Source of the DNA: Chloroflexota bacterium
GTDB lineage: Bacteria > Chloroflexota > UBA4733
Direction of reading: 5' to 3'
DNA length: 43,305 nt
NCBI GenBank assembly: GCA_023489405.1
Contig: JAMDCW010000131.1
Location: 1-43,305 of the forward strand
Positions 35,853-43,305 of the stretch are shown in pieces. Each line of letters opens with the position of its first letter. The stretch's first letter is position 1. Both the position numbers and the translations under genes were made by a program. Below the pieces are notes generated by a model. The model did no database searches. It saw only the letters and a list, made by a program, of their open reading frames with translations, and had not been told where the DNA came from.

Positions 35853-36407
35853 GTGTTTGGATTCAGCCACGCTCCTGAGCTTATTGCGCTCCTGATCATT
35901 GCTTTTCTCGTTTTTGGTCCGGAGAAGTTACCTGAGCTGGCTCGCGGAGCAGGTCGTGGACTTCGAGAGTTCCGCCGCATTACTGGTGAGCTCCAGGGTT
36001 CTCTGACAACGACATTCCAGGAGCCTATCCAAGAGATCCGACAGGTGCAAAGCGAGATGCGACAATCCGTTCAAGAGATGAGGCAGTATGCAAGCGCTTC
36101 GCTCCTTGAAGCATCTCCGAACCAAAGGTACGCTGATTCAGCCGGTAGTTTTGAGCAGGCTCCACTAACCGAAGCAGAGCCGCAGTCTTCGGAATGGTTC
36201 GCGCCAGACGGCGATCCGCATACTTCAATGTCTCCTGAGGCCCCTGCCCAACTGCCACCTTCGAGGCTCCCTTCTGCGAGGAAGCCGAGCATCGTTTCCT
36301 CCTTCTCGGCTTTGACGGCGGGAGCAGGCGCCTCCTACAGCGAGGGCCAAGGCAGCGAAGCGAAGCAGTCGACAACTGGAGATTCGCCAAGCGCTGAGCC
36401 GAAGTGA
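35853..36407 (+). CDS. tatA: Twin-arginine translocase TatA/TatB-family protein with a long acidic/Ser-Pro-rich tail
   Basis: LIALLIIAFLVFGPEKLPELARGAGRGLREFRR is the canonical TatA/B TM plus amphipathic helix. GTG start. Confidence 0.8.
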   Translation: MFGFSHAPELIALLIIAFLVFGPEKLPELARGAGRGLREFRRITGELQGSLTTTFQEPIQEIRQVQSEMRQSVQEMRQYASASLLEASPNQRYADSAGSFEQAPLTEAEPQSSEWFAPDGDPHTSMSPEAPAQLPPSRLPSARKPSIVSSFSALTAGAGASYSEGQGSEAKQSTTGDSPSAEPK

Positions 36408-36434
36408 ATACCGAGGGAAACGACTGAGAGCTCC

Positions 36435-37145
36435 ATGAATATACGCCCCACTATCGAACAGTTGCCTAACATCAGAGCAGGAGTTTTTCTGCTTCACGCT
36501 AACCGTCCAGTACTCATAGATACTGGAATGCGTGGTCAAGGTCGCCGCCTGATTTCAGCTCTGCACCAACGGGGGCTACGTCTGGAAGATCTGGCGGTCA
36601 TCGTGCTGACGCACTGGCACATCGACCACACTGGAGGTCTCCGGGTGCTCGGTCGGTATACTCACGCTCCAGTAGCTTGTCACGAAGCTGATGTTCCTTA
36701 CATTACGGGAGCAATCAAACCGGTGAAACCTCGAGCAGGCACTGAAGCGGGGCGCTTTGGGCGCTGGCTTCTCACAAAGCTTTTTCAACCCCATCCTATA
36801 GATGTGGTGCTCCACGATGGAGAAGAAGTGCCGGAGATCAATGGGCTATACGTTGTTAGCACACCTGGACATACTCCTGGGCATGTCTGCTACTACTACG
36901 AGCCACTCCAGGCTCTCTTCGCGGGCGATGCTCTCGTGAATCGCAATGACAAGCTCGGTTTTGCTCCAGAGAGCTTTAGTGTCGATAGTGTCCAGGCCCG
37001 TCAAAGCATAGAGAAGCTCCGACGGCTATCCATAGCGCAATGTTATTTTGGCCATGGCATGCCTATTCTTGAACAAGCTCACGACCGTATCGAACAATTT
37101 GTCACGTCGGCTCATGCCGAGAAAGCCGAGCAGTCTATCAATTAG
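36435..37145 (+). CDS. MBL-fold metallo-hydrolase
   Basis: The HxHxDH motif (LTHWHIDHTGG), later TPGHTPGH and GDAL, and a final FGHG. Confidence 0.85.
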   Translation: MNIRPTIEQLPNIRAGVFLLHANRPVLIDTGMRGQGRRLISALHQRGLRLEDLAVIVLTHWHIDHTGGLRVLGRYTHAPVACHEADVPYITGAIKPVKPRAGTEAGRFGRWLLTKLFQPHPIDVVLHDGEEVPEINGLYVVSTPGHTPGHVCYYYEPLQALFAGDALVNRNDKLGFAPESFSVDSVQARQSIEKLRRLSIAQCYFGHGMPILEQAHDRIEQFVTSAHAEKAEQSIN

Positions 37146-37167
37146 TTTAAGGAGCGACAGGACTCTT

Positions 37168-37467
37168 ATGGGCATGACAACAGCCAGCGGATCATCGCAG
37201 CCTGAACTCATAATTTATGGGCGCGAGGGGTGCTGCTTGTGTGATGATGCTGAGATCTTCGCCTCCCGAGCCAGCCAAAGCTACCAGCTAAGCCTACGGC
37301 GAGTGGACATTACCGAAAATAGTCCGCTGTGGGACATTTACCGCTTCCGCGTACCGGTCGTCATTTTAGACGGAGAGGAGCTCTGTGAAGGTCGTATTAC
37401 CGAGCAATGTCTCCGAGAAGCTCTCAAGCAAGCTTTGGAACATAAGACGACGATACCACACCGCTGA
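37168..37467 (+). CDS. Glutaredoxin-like protein (DUF836/thioredoxin fold)
   Basis: LIIYGREGCCLCDDA (CxxC-type), VDITENSPLWDIYRFRVPVVILDGEEL. I start the gene at ATG 37168 after AAGGAG (37149..37154); ATG 37174 is an alternative. Confidence 0.7.
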   Translation: MGMTTASGSSQPELIIYGREGCCLCDDAEIFASRASQSYQLSLRRVDITENSPLWDIYRFRVPVVILDGEELCEGRITEQCLREALKQALEHKTTIPHR

Positions 37468-38224
37468 TCCACTATGGCACATCCTCCTAGGGGCCAGTTG
37501 TATAACCATAACTTTTATAGGGTTGGGTCTGGCGACGGGTTCTTCTCTGCGCCTCTTACGATGGCTCGGGGGAGGCGTCTGTGCGCAGATTCTCAGTCAC
37601 ACCTTTGCTCCGGGCGGTCACTTCCTTCCTCTTTGCAGCCGTGATACGGGGATCTACCTTGGTATCTTCCTCTCCACGGCCTGGCTTGCCGCCAAAGGTC
37701 AGGGAACTGCGGCACGAACGCCGCACCTAGGCCGAACCCTAGTGTTGTTACTACCGTTCGTAGCGCTAGGAGTTGATGGATTCAACGCCCTATTCAATGA
37801 TCTTCAACTACCCCATCTCTATGCCCCCACAAATACCCTACGGCTTATTATGGGGCTTGCGGCAGGTAGTGCATTGCTTCTATTAGTTAGTCCAGTCTAT
37901 GCGACTACTCTCAGTGCGTACGACATCCAGCGAGCGCAACGTATTTCTCGTCAATCAGCTTTCATCTTTTTCGCACTACTCGCGATTGCTACTGGGGGTA
38001 TTTTGAGCAATGCGAGTATTCTCGCTATTCCCATTGCGTTTATCAGCATGAGTGGCCTCTTTACCATTCTTGTCATGCTCAATCGAATTTTCTTACACGG
38101 GTCTGCCGGCCTAATCCATCGCGGAATGCCTGTACCGTTCCTATCGAGATTTCCCTTGCTCGCCCTAGTTAGTATCGCAGAGCTGGGGGTTCTCAGCTTG
38201 ATCCACGCGCTCGTCATTGCATAG
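37385..38224 (+). CDS. Polytopic membrane protein, divergent DUF2085-like
   Basis: GGVCAQILSHTFAPGGHFLPLCSRDTGIYLG resembles the DUF2085 core CHQ..R.....G...P.CARCTGIYLG but has His to Ala and Cys to Asp substitutions. The start is uncertain: ATG 37385 would overlap the glutaredoxin-like gene by 83 nt, and an in-frame TTG near 37521 is possible. Confidence 0.5.
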   Translation: MKVVLPSNVSEKLSSKLWNIRRRYHTADPLWHILLGASCITITFIGLGLATGSSLRLLRWLGGGVCAQILSHTFAPGGHFLPLCSRDTGIYLGIFLSTAWLAAKGQGTAARTPHLGRTLVLLLPFVALGVDGFNALFNDLQLPHLYAPTNTLRLIMGLAAGSALLLLVSPVYATTLSAYDIQRAQRISRQSAFIFFALLAIATGGILSNASILAIPIAFISMSGLFTILVMLNRIFLHGSAGLIHRGMPVPFLSRFPLLALVSIAELGVLSLIHALVIA

Positions 38225-38252
38225 CGTACCGCCGTTGATCCGTTGCAATGGC

Positions 38253-38281
38253 TTGACGGGCTGTCGCTGTGCTGTTATAAA
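38253..38281 (+). promoter_or_regulatory. Near-consensus sigma-70-type promoter for the DAHP synthase leader
   Basis: -35 TTGACG (38253..38258), a 17-nt spacer and -10 TATAAA (38276..38281). It is about 270 nt upstream of the DAHP synthase start. Confidence 0.55.
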
Positions 38282-38310
38282 TCGCGACAGTAGATATTTT
38301 TGGAGGATAA

Positions 38311-38397
38311 GTGCGTATCGCAGCGAACTGTAGCGCTGCGGCGTCCGGCTGGTTTGGTTGCTTTAGCTACCTGCCGCACGTCGTGGTGCTAGGTTAG
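38311..38397 (+). CDS. Candidate 28-aa leader peptide MRIAANCSAAASGWFGCFSYLPHVVVLG (aromatic-codon cluster)
   Basis: GGAGG at 38302..38306 and GTG at 38311. Trp, Phe, Phe and Tyr codons cluster at 38350..38370, and the stop is TAG 38395..38397. It lies just downstream of the predicted promoter and upstream of mutually exclusive stems. It is too short to appear in the ORF track. Confidence 0.3.
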   Translation: MRIAANCSAAASGWFGCFSYLPHVVVLG

Positions 38398-38553
38398 GGG
38401 ATCCGCTGAGGCGAATACCCTGGCAGCCACGGACGTGCGAGCAGGCCGTCACGTGGCTGAGTGCTGTCCAGTTCCTCTAGTCAGAGCACTGAAGCCCAGA
38501 AGACGGCTTGATTCTCACGTCCTGGTTGCTTTGCAAGAAAAGCACCTAAGAAT

Positions 38554-39453
38554 ATGGAGAGGAAATCAGCCGTGAGTATTGCCAGTCTGTCATCCATTCA
38601 GGAATCACCCAGCCGGTCATACCCTTTGGTCAGTAGGCAATCACATCCGAACGATACTGTGGTAACTGTCGGTGCTGCCCGCTTTGGCGGTGGCCATTTC
38701 GCAGTGATCGCTGGTCCGTGCGCGGTCGAGAGTCGAGAGCAGATTTTAGAGACAGCACATGGTGTCCGCGAGGCCGGCGCGCAGATGCTTCGGGGTGGTG
38801 CTTATAAGCCACGGACTTCGCCATATGACTTCCAGGGCCTTGGAGAAGGAGGCCTTGAGCTTCTCGCTCTCGCGCGCGAGGAAACCGGATTGCCGATTGT
38901 CACTGAAGTTATGGATTCTGAAGACATTTCACTCGTTGCGCGCTACGCGGATATGATCCAGATCGGTACCAGGAGCATGAGCAGTTTTCGATTGCTTCAG
39001 AAAGTGGCACAGACCGGCAAGCCTGTTCTTTTAAAACGTGGCATGCAAGCGAGTATCAGAGAATGGCTGCTGAGTGCAGAGTATCTTCTCGCTAACGGCA
39101 ATGACCGCGTTGTGCTTTGTGAGAGAGGAATTCGAACGCACGATAGCGAATTCCTGCGCAATACATTCGACCTCTCAGCAATCGCGCTGGGTCACTTAGA
39201 AACTCATCTCCCTATTATTGCGGATCCAAGTCATGGAACAGGACGCGCCGACCTCGTACCAACGATGAGCTTGGCTGCTGTTGCTGCGGGTGCTGACGGT
39301 CTGATTCTAGAAGTACATCACAACCCTGCAGAAGCGCTTTGTGACGGTAGACAGAGCCTCTCTCCCGCGACGTTTACAGAGCTATGCAGCCGTCTGTCGG
39401 CGTACGTAGATCTTGAAGGTAAACAATGGTCACCTTTTTGTCTGGCAGGGTAA
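38554..39453 (+). CDS. aroF: 3-deoxy-7-phosphoheptulonate (DAHP) synthase, type I-beta, without a fused regulatory domain
   Basis: [56 protein letters not shown] and ADPSHGTG. The start may instead be the in-frame GTG 38572, which has a better SD (GGAGAGG 38556..38562). Confidence 0.9.
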   Translation: MERKSAVSIASLSSIQESPSRSYPLVSRQSHPNDTVVTVGAARFGGGHFAVIAGPCAVESREQILETAHGVREAGAQMLRGGAYKPRTSPYDFQGLGEGGLELLALAREETGLPIVTEVMDSEDISLVARYADMIQIGTRSMSSFRLLQKVAQTGKPVLLKRGMQASIREWLLSAEYLLANGNDRVVLCERGIRTHDSEFLRNTFDLSAIALGHLETHLPIIADPSHGTGRADLVPTMSLAAVAAGADGLILEVHHNPAEALCDGRQSLSPATFTELCSRLSAYVDLEGKQWSPFCLAG

Positions 39454-39692
39454 AACCTCAAAAGCTCCGGCGAGATTCCTTGCCTGGCAGACAGGGAGGA
39501 GAAGGTCACAACCATTGAACTTACAACCTTACCTGCACCATAAATGCACGTAGTAAGTGCAGCGCGACCATAGAGGGTGGTGTCTATTCTGGTTGAGTCG
39601 TCACCGTACTTTTTACCCTTTGTCCGGTTACTAAGGTGATCGGCTACCGTACAATCAGAAGTGTGCAGATGGGACATTGAGGGAATCTGTCA

Positions 39693-40607
39693 GTGGGAGA
39701 AATTCTTTTACTTCTTCACCAGATGACCCTCATCGATATCGTCGATATCGTAGCGGTGACGCTCTTGATCTACTTCCTACTCGTTGTTATTCAAGGCACG
39801 CGAGCAGACCAGATTCTCATTGGCATTGCTGTTCTCATTCTGCTATCGGGGCTGGTACAGCTTCTACACCTCGAGGTTCTTGGATGGCTTCTCCAGACGA
39901 CCCTTCCTGCTCTACTGGTCGCAATCCCAATCATCTTCCAGCCAGAACTCCGACGCTTACTCGAACAGCTAGGCCGTACGAGCACCATGATCCAGCGTCC
40001 GTTGACTGTGCTCACTCCGCATCAAAACGCCAATCCCCTGCGCACTGTTGATCAAATCTGCGAAGCTACAGTTCGATTAGCAGAACGGCGCTACGGAGGG
40101 CTTATGGTTATTGAACGTGAGACCGGGCTCAATGATATTATCGTGCGAGGAGAACAGCTAGACTGCCAGGTCAACGCAAGCCTCCTACTCAACCTTTTCT
40201 TTATCAATGCCCCTCTTCACGATGGTGCTGTCATCATTCGCGGCGATCGCATTGTCGCAGCGCACTGTCTCTTACCCCTCTCTGATGAGGTAGTTGATAC
40301 GGAAAACTTCGGCACTCGGCATCGTGCAGCCCTAGGCATCAGCGAAGTAACCGATGCTGTCGCCATTGTGATATCAGAAGAGAGCGGCACGATATCCATC
40401 GCGATGAATGGGCAGATCATTCGGAATCTCGATGAAGAGCGCTTGCGTAGTTTGCTCATCTCGGCTCTGATGCATGGGCCCACCATCACGACAGGCCCAG
40501 CAACCAGAGGTCCTTCATCAGGGATTGCACCAGGAAAACACTGGAAACTACCATTTTTTGGCCGGCAGCGAGTCAAAGATCACCCTGCCGATCAGGGAGT
40601 AACCTAG
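39693..40607 (+). CDS. cdaA: Diadenylate cyclase CdaA (membrane-anchored DisA_N/DAC domain)
   Basis: Three N-terminal TM segments, then LHDGAVIIRGDRIVAAHCLLPLS and GTRHRAALGISEVTDAVAIVISEESGTISIA (DGA and RHR motifs). GTG start. Confidence 0.92.
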   Translation: MGEILLLLHQMTLIDIVDIVAVTLLIYFLLVVIQGTRADQILIGIAVLILLSGLVQLLHLEVLGWLLQTTLPALLVAIPIIFQPELRRLLEQLGRTSTMIQRPLTVLTPHQNANPLRTVDQICEATVRLAERRYGGLMVIERETGLNDIIVRGEQLDCQVNASLLLNLFFINAPLHDGAVIIRGDRIVAAHCLLPLSDEVVDTENFGTRHRAALGISEVTDAVAIVISEESGTISIAMNGQIIRNLDEERLRSLLISALMHGPTITTGPATRGPSSGIAPGKHWKLPFFGRQRVKDHPADQGVT

Positions 40608-40608
40608 A

Positions 40609-41952
40609 TTGAGCTTCCAACAGTTCGCCCACTTCATCACGCATACGCTGGGAATCCGGTTCCTGCTAGCGCTCGTCACGGCGGTTGGCTTATGGGTCTG
40701 GCGGACTGAGCAGAATTTTGGCACACTGAATATCAGCGTTCCAACAGCTATTCCTGTCGAGATCACAGGCCAACACAATGGCCTTGTGGTTGTTCCTCAG
40801 ACCGGCGGAACGCCAACTGTCCATATACGCGTTACTCTTCCTGCGCGCGATCAGGACCGCGTATCGGTAACGTGGTTCCGCGCTACCGTCAATGTAAGAG
40901 GGACAACACAACCGGGAACACAACTTTATCCCGTCACCGTTGTGAGCCTTGAGCCTAATGTGGTCGTAGATACGGCAAGCATTCTGCCCAGTGAGATACC
41001 AGTAACGCTTGATCGAATTGGTACACGGCGATTTCAGATCCAGCCGGTCTACCAAGGGAATCCGCCCGCAGGGTACACGTATTCCCTTGCACAGCTCGAC
41101 CACAACTCGGCAACAATTAGTGGCCCCGAAACTATCCTCAATCAAATTGCATCCGTCGTCGCGGTCATTCGCCTTGATAACCGCCAGAAAACTTTTGATG
41201 AAACGGTTCCACTTATTCCACAAAATGCCCAAGGGGGAGATGTTTCCACGTCAGATCTCACGCTGAGCCCGAAAACGGCCGTAGCCCACATTGAGATTCA
41301 CCAGCAGGCCATTACCAAGACGGTTCCGGTGCTTCCTCAGGTAAGCGGGCAAACAGCGCCTGGCTACGTAGTCACTGCGATTAATGTCAGTCCTCAGACA
41401 GTAACACTCGTTGGTAATCCATCGATCATCGACTCCTTACAGACGATTTCCACCAGCACTATCAATGTTGCGAACGTGACAAAGGATCTCGTAGAGAATG
41501 TCTCGCTACAAACACCAAACAATGTGCAAGTGGCAGGGCCAAGTAAAGTGCAGGTTACTGTACACATTTCAGCAATTTCAGGTAGCATCATTATCGCCGT
41601 GGCTCCCCAGATCAAAGGGCTGCCATCGCAATGGCAAGCTCACATACAAACAACGAGTGTCAACCTCACTTTAATTGGTCCTGCTGCAGTGTTGCGGAAT
41701 TTGAAGCCATCGGATATCAAGCTCATCGTTAATGTCAGCAATCTTGGACCAGGGCAGCATGAAGTAACGCCAACGGTAGAACTTCCTCAACAAGTAACGC
41801 TGCAAGCACGAGCTCCCGGGAAAGTTCAGGTGACGCTTCTAGCGCCAACACCTACACCTACACCCACGCCGATACCAACAGCAACTGCGACGCCACGTCC
41901 TACGCCAACCAGCACGCCTGTACCACAGCCGACGGCGACGCCAGCAGCCTAA
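40609..41952 (+). CDS. cdaR: CdaR / YbbR-domain regulator of CdaA, with a Pro/Thr-rich C-terminal tail
   Basis: An N-terminal TM, repeated YbbR-like beta modules (GYxV..I.V.P..V.v.G) and a position 1 nt after the cdaA stop. TTG start. The tail APTPTPTPTPIPTATATPRPTPTSTPVPQPTATPAA is encoded at about 41835..41949. Confidence 0.8.
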   Translation: MSFQQFAHFITHTLGIRFLLALVTAVGLWVWRTEQNFGTLNISVPTAIPVEITGQHNGLVVVPQTGGTPTVHIRVTLPARDQDRVSVTWFRATVNVRGTTQPGTQLYPVTVVSLEPNVVVDTASILPSEIPVTLDRIGTRRFQIQPVYQGNPPAGYTYSLAQLDHNSATISGPETILNQIASVVAVIRLDNRQKTFDETVPLIPQNAQGGDVSTSDLTLSPKTAVAHIEIHQQAITKTVPVLPQVSGQTAPGYVVTAINVSPQTVTLVGNPSIIDSLQTISTSTINVANVTKDLVENVSLQTPNNVQVAGPSKVQVTVHISAISGSIIIAVAPQIKGLPSQWQAHIQTTSVNLTLIGPAAVLRNLKPSDIKLIVNVSNLGPGQHEVTPTVELPQQVTLQARAPGKVQVTLLAPTPTPTPTPIPTATATPRPTPTSTPVPQPTATPAA

Positions 41953-42064
41953 TGCATTTGTACACTAGACTTGAGAGCAGGTGCTATAAGGGGACAATGC
42001 ACAACCATGCCATTTCTGTCTCTAACACGCCAGAACACAGCTCGTTCTCGAGAGGAGCGGTATT

Positions 42065-42391
42065 GTGAGCGATAAACTTTCTCTGGAGACTGCGAACGAC
42101 GCTATCGAGCCTTCGGGTCAAAATACCCAGGAGACTCTAACGACACCAGAACCCTCATTGCCGACTGCACCATCAGCTCGCTCCACTTCCGTCCGGCAAC
42201 TTACTGCTGCAGAAGCGGCTCTCCAACTCACGCTCAAATGGATGGATCACGCTGCGGAAGCTTCGGAGTTAGCGCTTAGCGATCCAGAGCAAGCGGAGCA
42301 GCAAGCGCGGTCTGTGAATACCTTCTTTGTCAGTGTGCTTGATACGCTACGGTCGCACTTTCCCAGCCATAAAGAGCCAGCAGATCAATAG
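42065..42391 (+). CDS. Hypothetical small acidic protein (108 aa)
   Basis: An ORF with a GTG start and no recognisable motif. Coding status is inferred only from length and its position after cdaR. Confidence 0.35.
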   Translation: MSDKLSLETANDAIEPSGQNTQETLTTPEPSLPTAPSARSTSVRQLTAAEAALQLTLKWMDHAAEASELALSDPEQAEQQARSVNTFFVSVLDTLRSHFPSHKEPADQ

Positions 42392-42455
42392 TTCCGCTGG
42401 CATAGGAGTGCTTGGAACGAGGCTTCAGAATCGGGTATTATTCGCTGCGCTTCTA

Positions 42456-42528
42456 AGGAGTGTAGCTCAGTTGGTAGAGCAGCGGTCTCCAAAACCGCCG
42501 GTCGGGGGTTCGAGTCCCTCCACTCCTG
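42456..42528 (+). tRNA. trnW: tRNA-Trp (anticodon CCA), 73 nt, 3' CCA not encoded
   Basis: Hand-folded cloverleaf. Acceptor stem AGGAGTG/CACTCCT, D arm GCTC-AGTTGGTA-GAGC, anticodon arm GCGGT-CTCCAAA-ACCGC, variable loop CGGTC, T arm GGGGG-TTCGAGT-CCCTC, discriminator G. Confidence 0.93.
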
Positions 42529-43305
42529 CTGTCTACAGACTGGTTTCCAGCTCCGGGCCGTCACGAGAAGAGGCCAGCTGACAGCCATCTTGACGGCCAA
42601 ACTCCAATAACTGCCCTAATTGCGTCGCCGCCTCGCGCTCCATGGTGTCGGGAATGTGCGTGTAGTGGCGAGTCATCGCGAGTGAGGAGTGGCCGAGCAG
42701 CTCCTGGGCAACGGCGAGCGGCACGTGCGCTTCGGCGAGAAGCGATGCCGTGGTGTGGCGCAGGGCGTGGAAGGGCACGCGCGGCAGCCCAGCTCGCGCC
42801 AGCACACGGCGGTAGGGCCGATGGATGAGGTTCGTCGCCTCGGTATACGTCCCCCGCTCGCTGGGGAAGACCAGGTCATGATCCTCCCAGCCGCCAGCGG
42901 TCAGCCGCTCCTGGAGTTGCCGCTGGCGGTGCTGGCGGAGCGCCTCCAGGGCCGTCGGGATGAGAGGGAGCGTGCGGCGGCTACGGCGGCTCTTCGGCTC
43001 GCCGGCGACGGCTCCCACGCGCGGCATGTGGCGGACGGAGCGGCGCACGCTCACTGTCGCCTGCTCCCAGTCCACATCCGCCCAGGTAAGAGCGAGCAGC
43101 TCGCCCTGGCGCATGCCAGTGTAGAGGGCGAGGGCGAAGAGGGCGGCGAGGCGCTCCCCTTGCGCCGCTGCGAGCAGGCGTTGCGCCTGCTCCGCCGTGA
43201 GCGCCGCTTGCTCGACATCAGGCACCCGCGGCGGCTTCGCGAGTGCCGCGGGGTTACTCGGGATGACGCCCAGCTCGACGGCGCGATGGAGGGCGGTACG
43301 CAGGA
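42529..43305. mobile_element. Left edge of a putative integrated element (genomic island or prophage) inserted at tRNA-Trp
   Basis: An integrase abuts the tRNA 3' end and base composition jumps abruptly. A hand count of 43021..43080 gives 43/60 G+C, against about 32/60 in a typical core row such as 27301..27360. Confidence 0.55.
42533..43305 (-). CDS. int: Tyrosine recombinase / phage-type integrase (5' end beyond the window)
   Basis: The catalytic region has RRTLPLIP..(Arg), HALRHTTASLL (HxxR), LLGHSSLAMTRHYTHI (His...Tyr). The reading frame stays open to the right edge (…LRTALHRAVELGVIPSNPAALAKPPRVPDVE…), so the tracked GTG 43225 is not the true start. The stop is at 42533..42535, 4 nt after the tRNA-Trp 3' end. 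Confidence 0.88.
   Translation of the reverse strand, partial: LRTALHRAVELGVIPSNPAALAKPPRVPDVEQAALTAEQAQRLLAAAQGERLAALFALALYTGMRQGELLALTWADVDWEQATVSVRRSVRHMPRVGAVAGEPKSRRSRRTLPLIPTALEALRQHRQRQLQERLTAGGWEDHDLVFPSERGTYTEATNLIHRPYRRVLARAGLPRVPFHALRHTTASLLAEAHVPLAVAQELLGHSSLAMTRHYTHIPDTMEREAATQLGQLLEFGRQDGCQLASSRDGPELETSL

Noticed and set aside
38225-38553. T-box riboswitch, or SRP / RNase P / tmRNA gene, in the long gap before the DAHP synthase
   Set aside because: None of the signatures is present: no T-box sequence (AGGGUGGNACCGCG), no GAGGAAAGUCC RNase P signature, no tmRNA ends. The leader-peptide hypothesis is retained instead, at low confidence.
39318-39677. 119-aa minus-strand ORF spanning the aroF-cdaA gap
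   Set aside because: It overlaps the aroF 3' end antisense, and its sequence is low-complexity and unremarkable with no SD or motifs.
41835-41949. Repetitive acacctaca/ccgac-type DNA that could look like a tandem repeat or array
   Set aside because: It is in frame and encodes the Pro/Thr-rich tail of CdaR. It is not a CRISPR array or a non-coding repeat. No CRISPR array was seen anywhere in the window.
42327-42600. ORFs 42327..42581(+) and 42385..42600(-)
   Set aside because: Both run through the tRNA-Trp gene, so they are artefacts of ORF calling.

Overview
This is a gene-dense chromosomal window of about 43.3 kb. Overall GC is roughly 50-55% by eye. Codon and protein style (many GTG/TTG starts, Pro/Thr/Ser-rich linkers, Tat-lipoprotein signals) suggests a Chloroflexota-like monoderm, but that taxonomic guess is low confidence.

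Almost everything from 292 to 33290 is on the minus strand; ispH is the exception. Genes from 33595 to 42528 are on the plus strand.

Contents from left to right:
- a tightly coupled birA-lysS-serS operon
- a Tat/lipobox class B PBP
- a CPBP protease and a membrane protein
- a CUT1 sugar ABC importer (substrate-binding protein plus two permeases, no ATPase)
- ispH, a secreted tandem-domain protein, and fabI
- an orphan LuxR-type regulator with a degenerate receiver
- a glycan cluster (GT4 plus three GT2) ending in a 1394-aa single ORF that fuses a YfhO-type GT-C glycosyltransferase to a Wzx/MOP flippase
- a complete but rearranged System I cytochrome c maturation locus, in the order ccmG, CopD-like, ccmE, ccmF, ccmH, X, ccmA, ccmB, ccmC, ccmD, Y, with two non-canonical embedded genes X and Y
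- a PMT/ArnT-like GT-C enzyme, a sulfite-oxidase-like molybdoenzyme, tatA, an MBL hydrolase, a DUF836 glutaredoxin-like protein and a DUF2085-like protein
- an unadorned type I-beta DAHP synthase behind a roughly 270-nt structured leader
- cdaA-cdaR and a small hypothetical gene
- tRNA-Trp(CCA), followed immediately by a tyrosine integrase in DNA of about 70% GC that runs off the right edge

Most interesting candidates:
1. A CcmI-like TM/loop/TM module is fused to an Asp-box beta-propeller instead of TPR repeats. A second membrane protein at the operon end carries the same cytoplasmic motif.
2. The YfhO-flippase fusion has strongly mosaic base composition.
3. A possible aromatic-codon leader peptide attenuator sits upstream of DAHP synthase.
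4. The orphan regulator is a pseudo-receiver (phospho-acceptor Asp replaced by Cys).
5. A foreign island begins at the tRNA-Trp/integrase junction.
6. A perfect 21-nt inverted copy of an internal serS segment lies at the left window edge.

All functional calls come from motif recognition by eye. No database searches were run.
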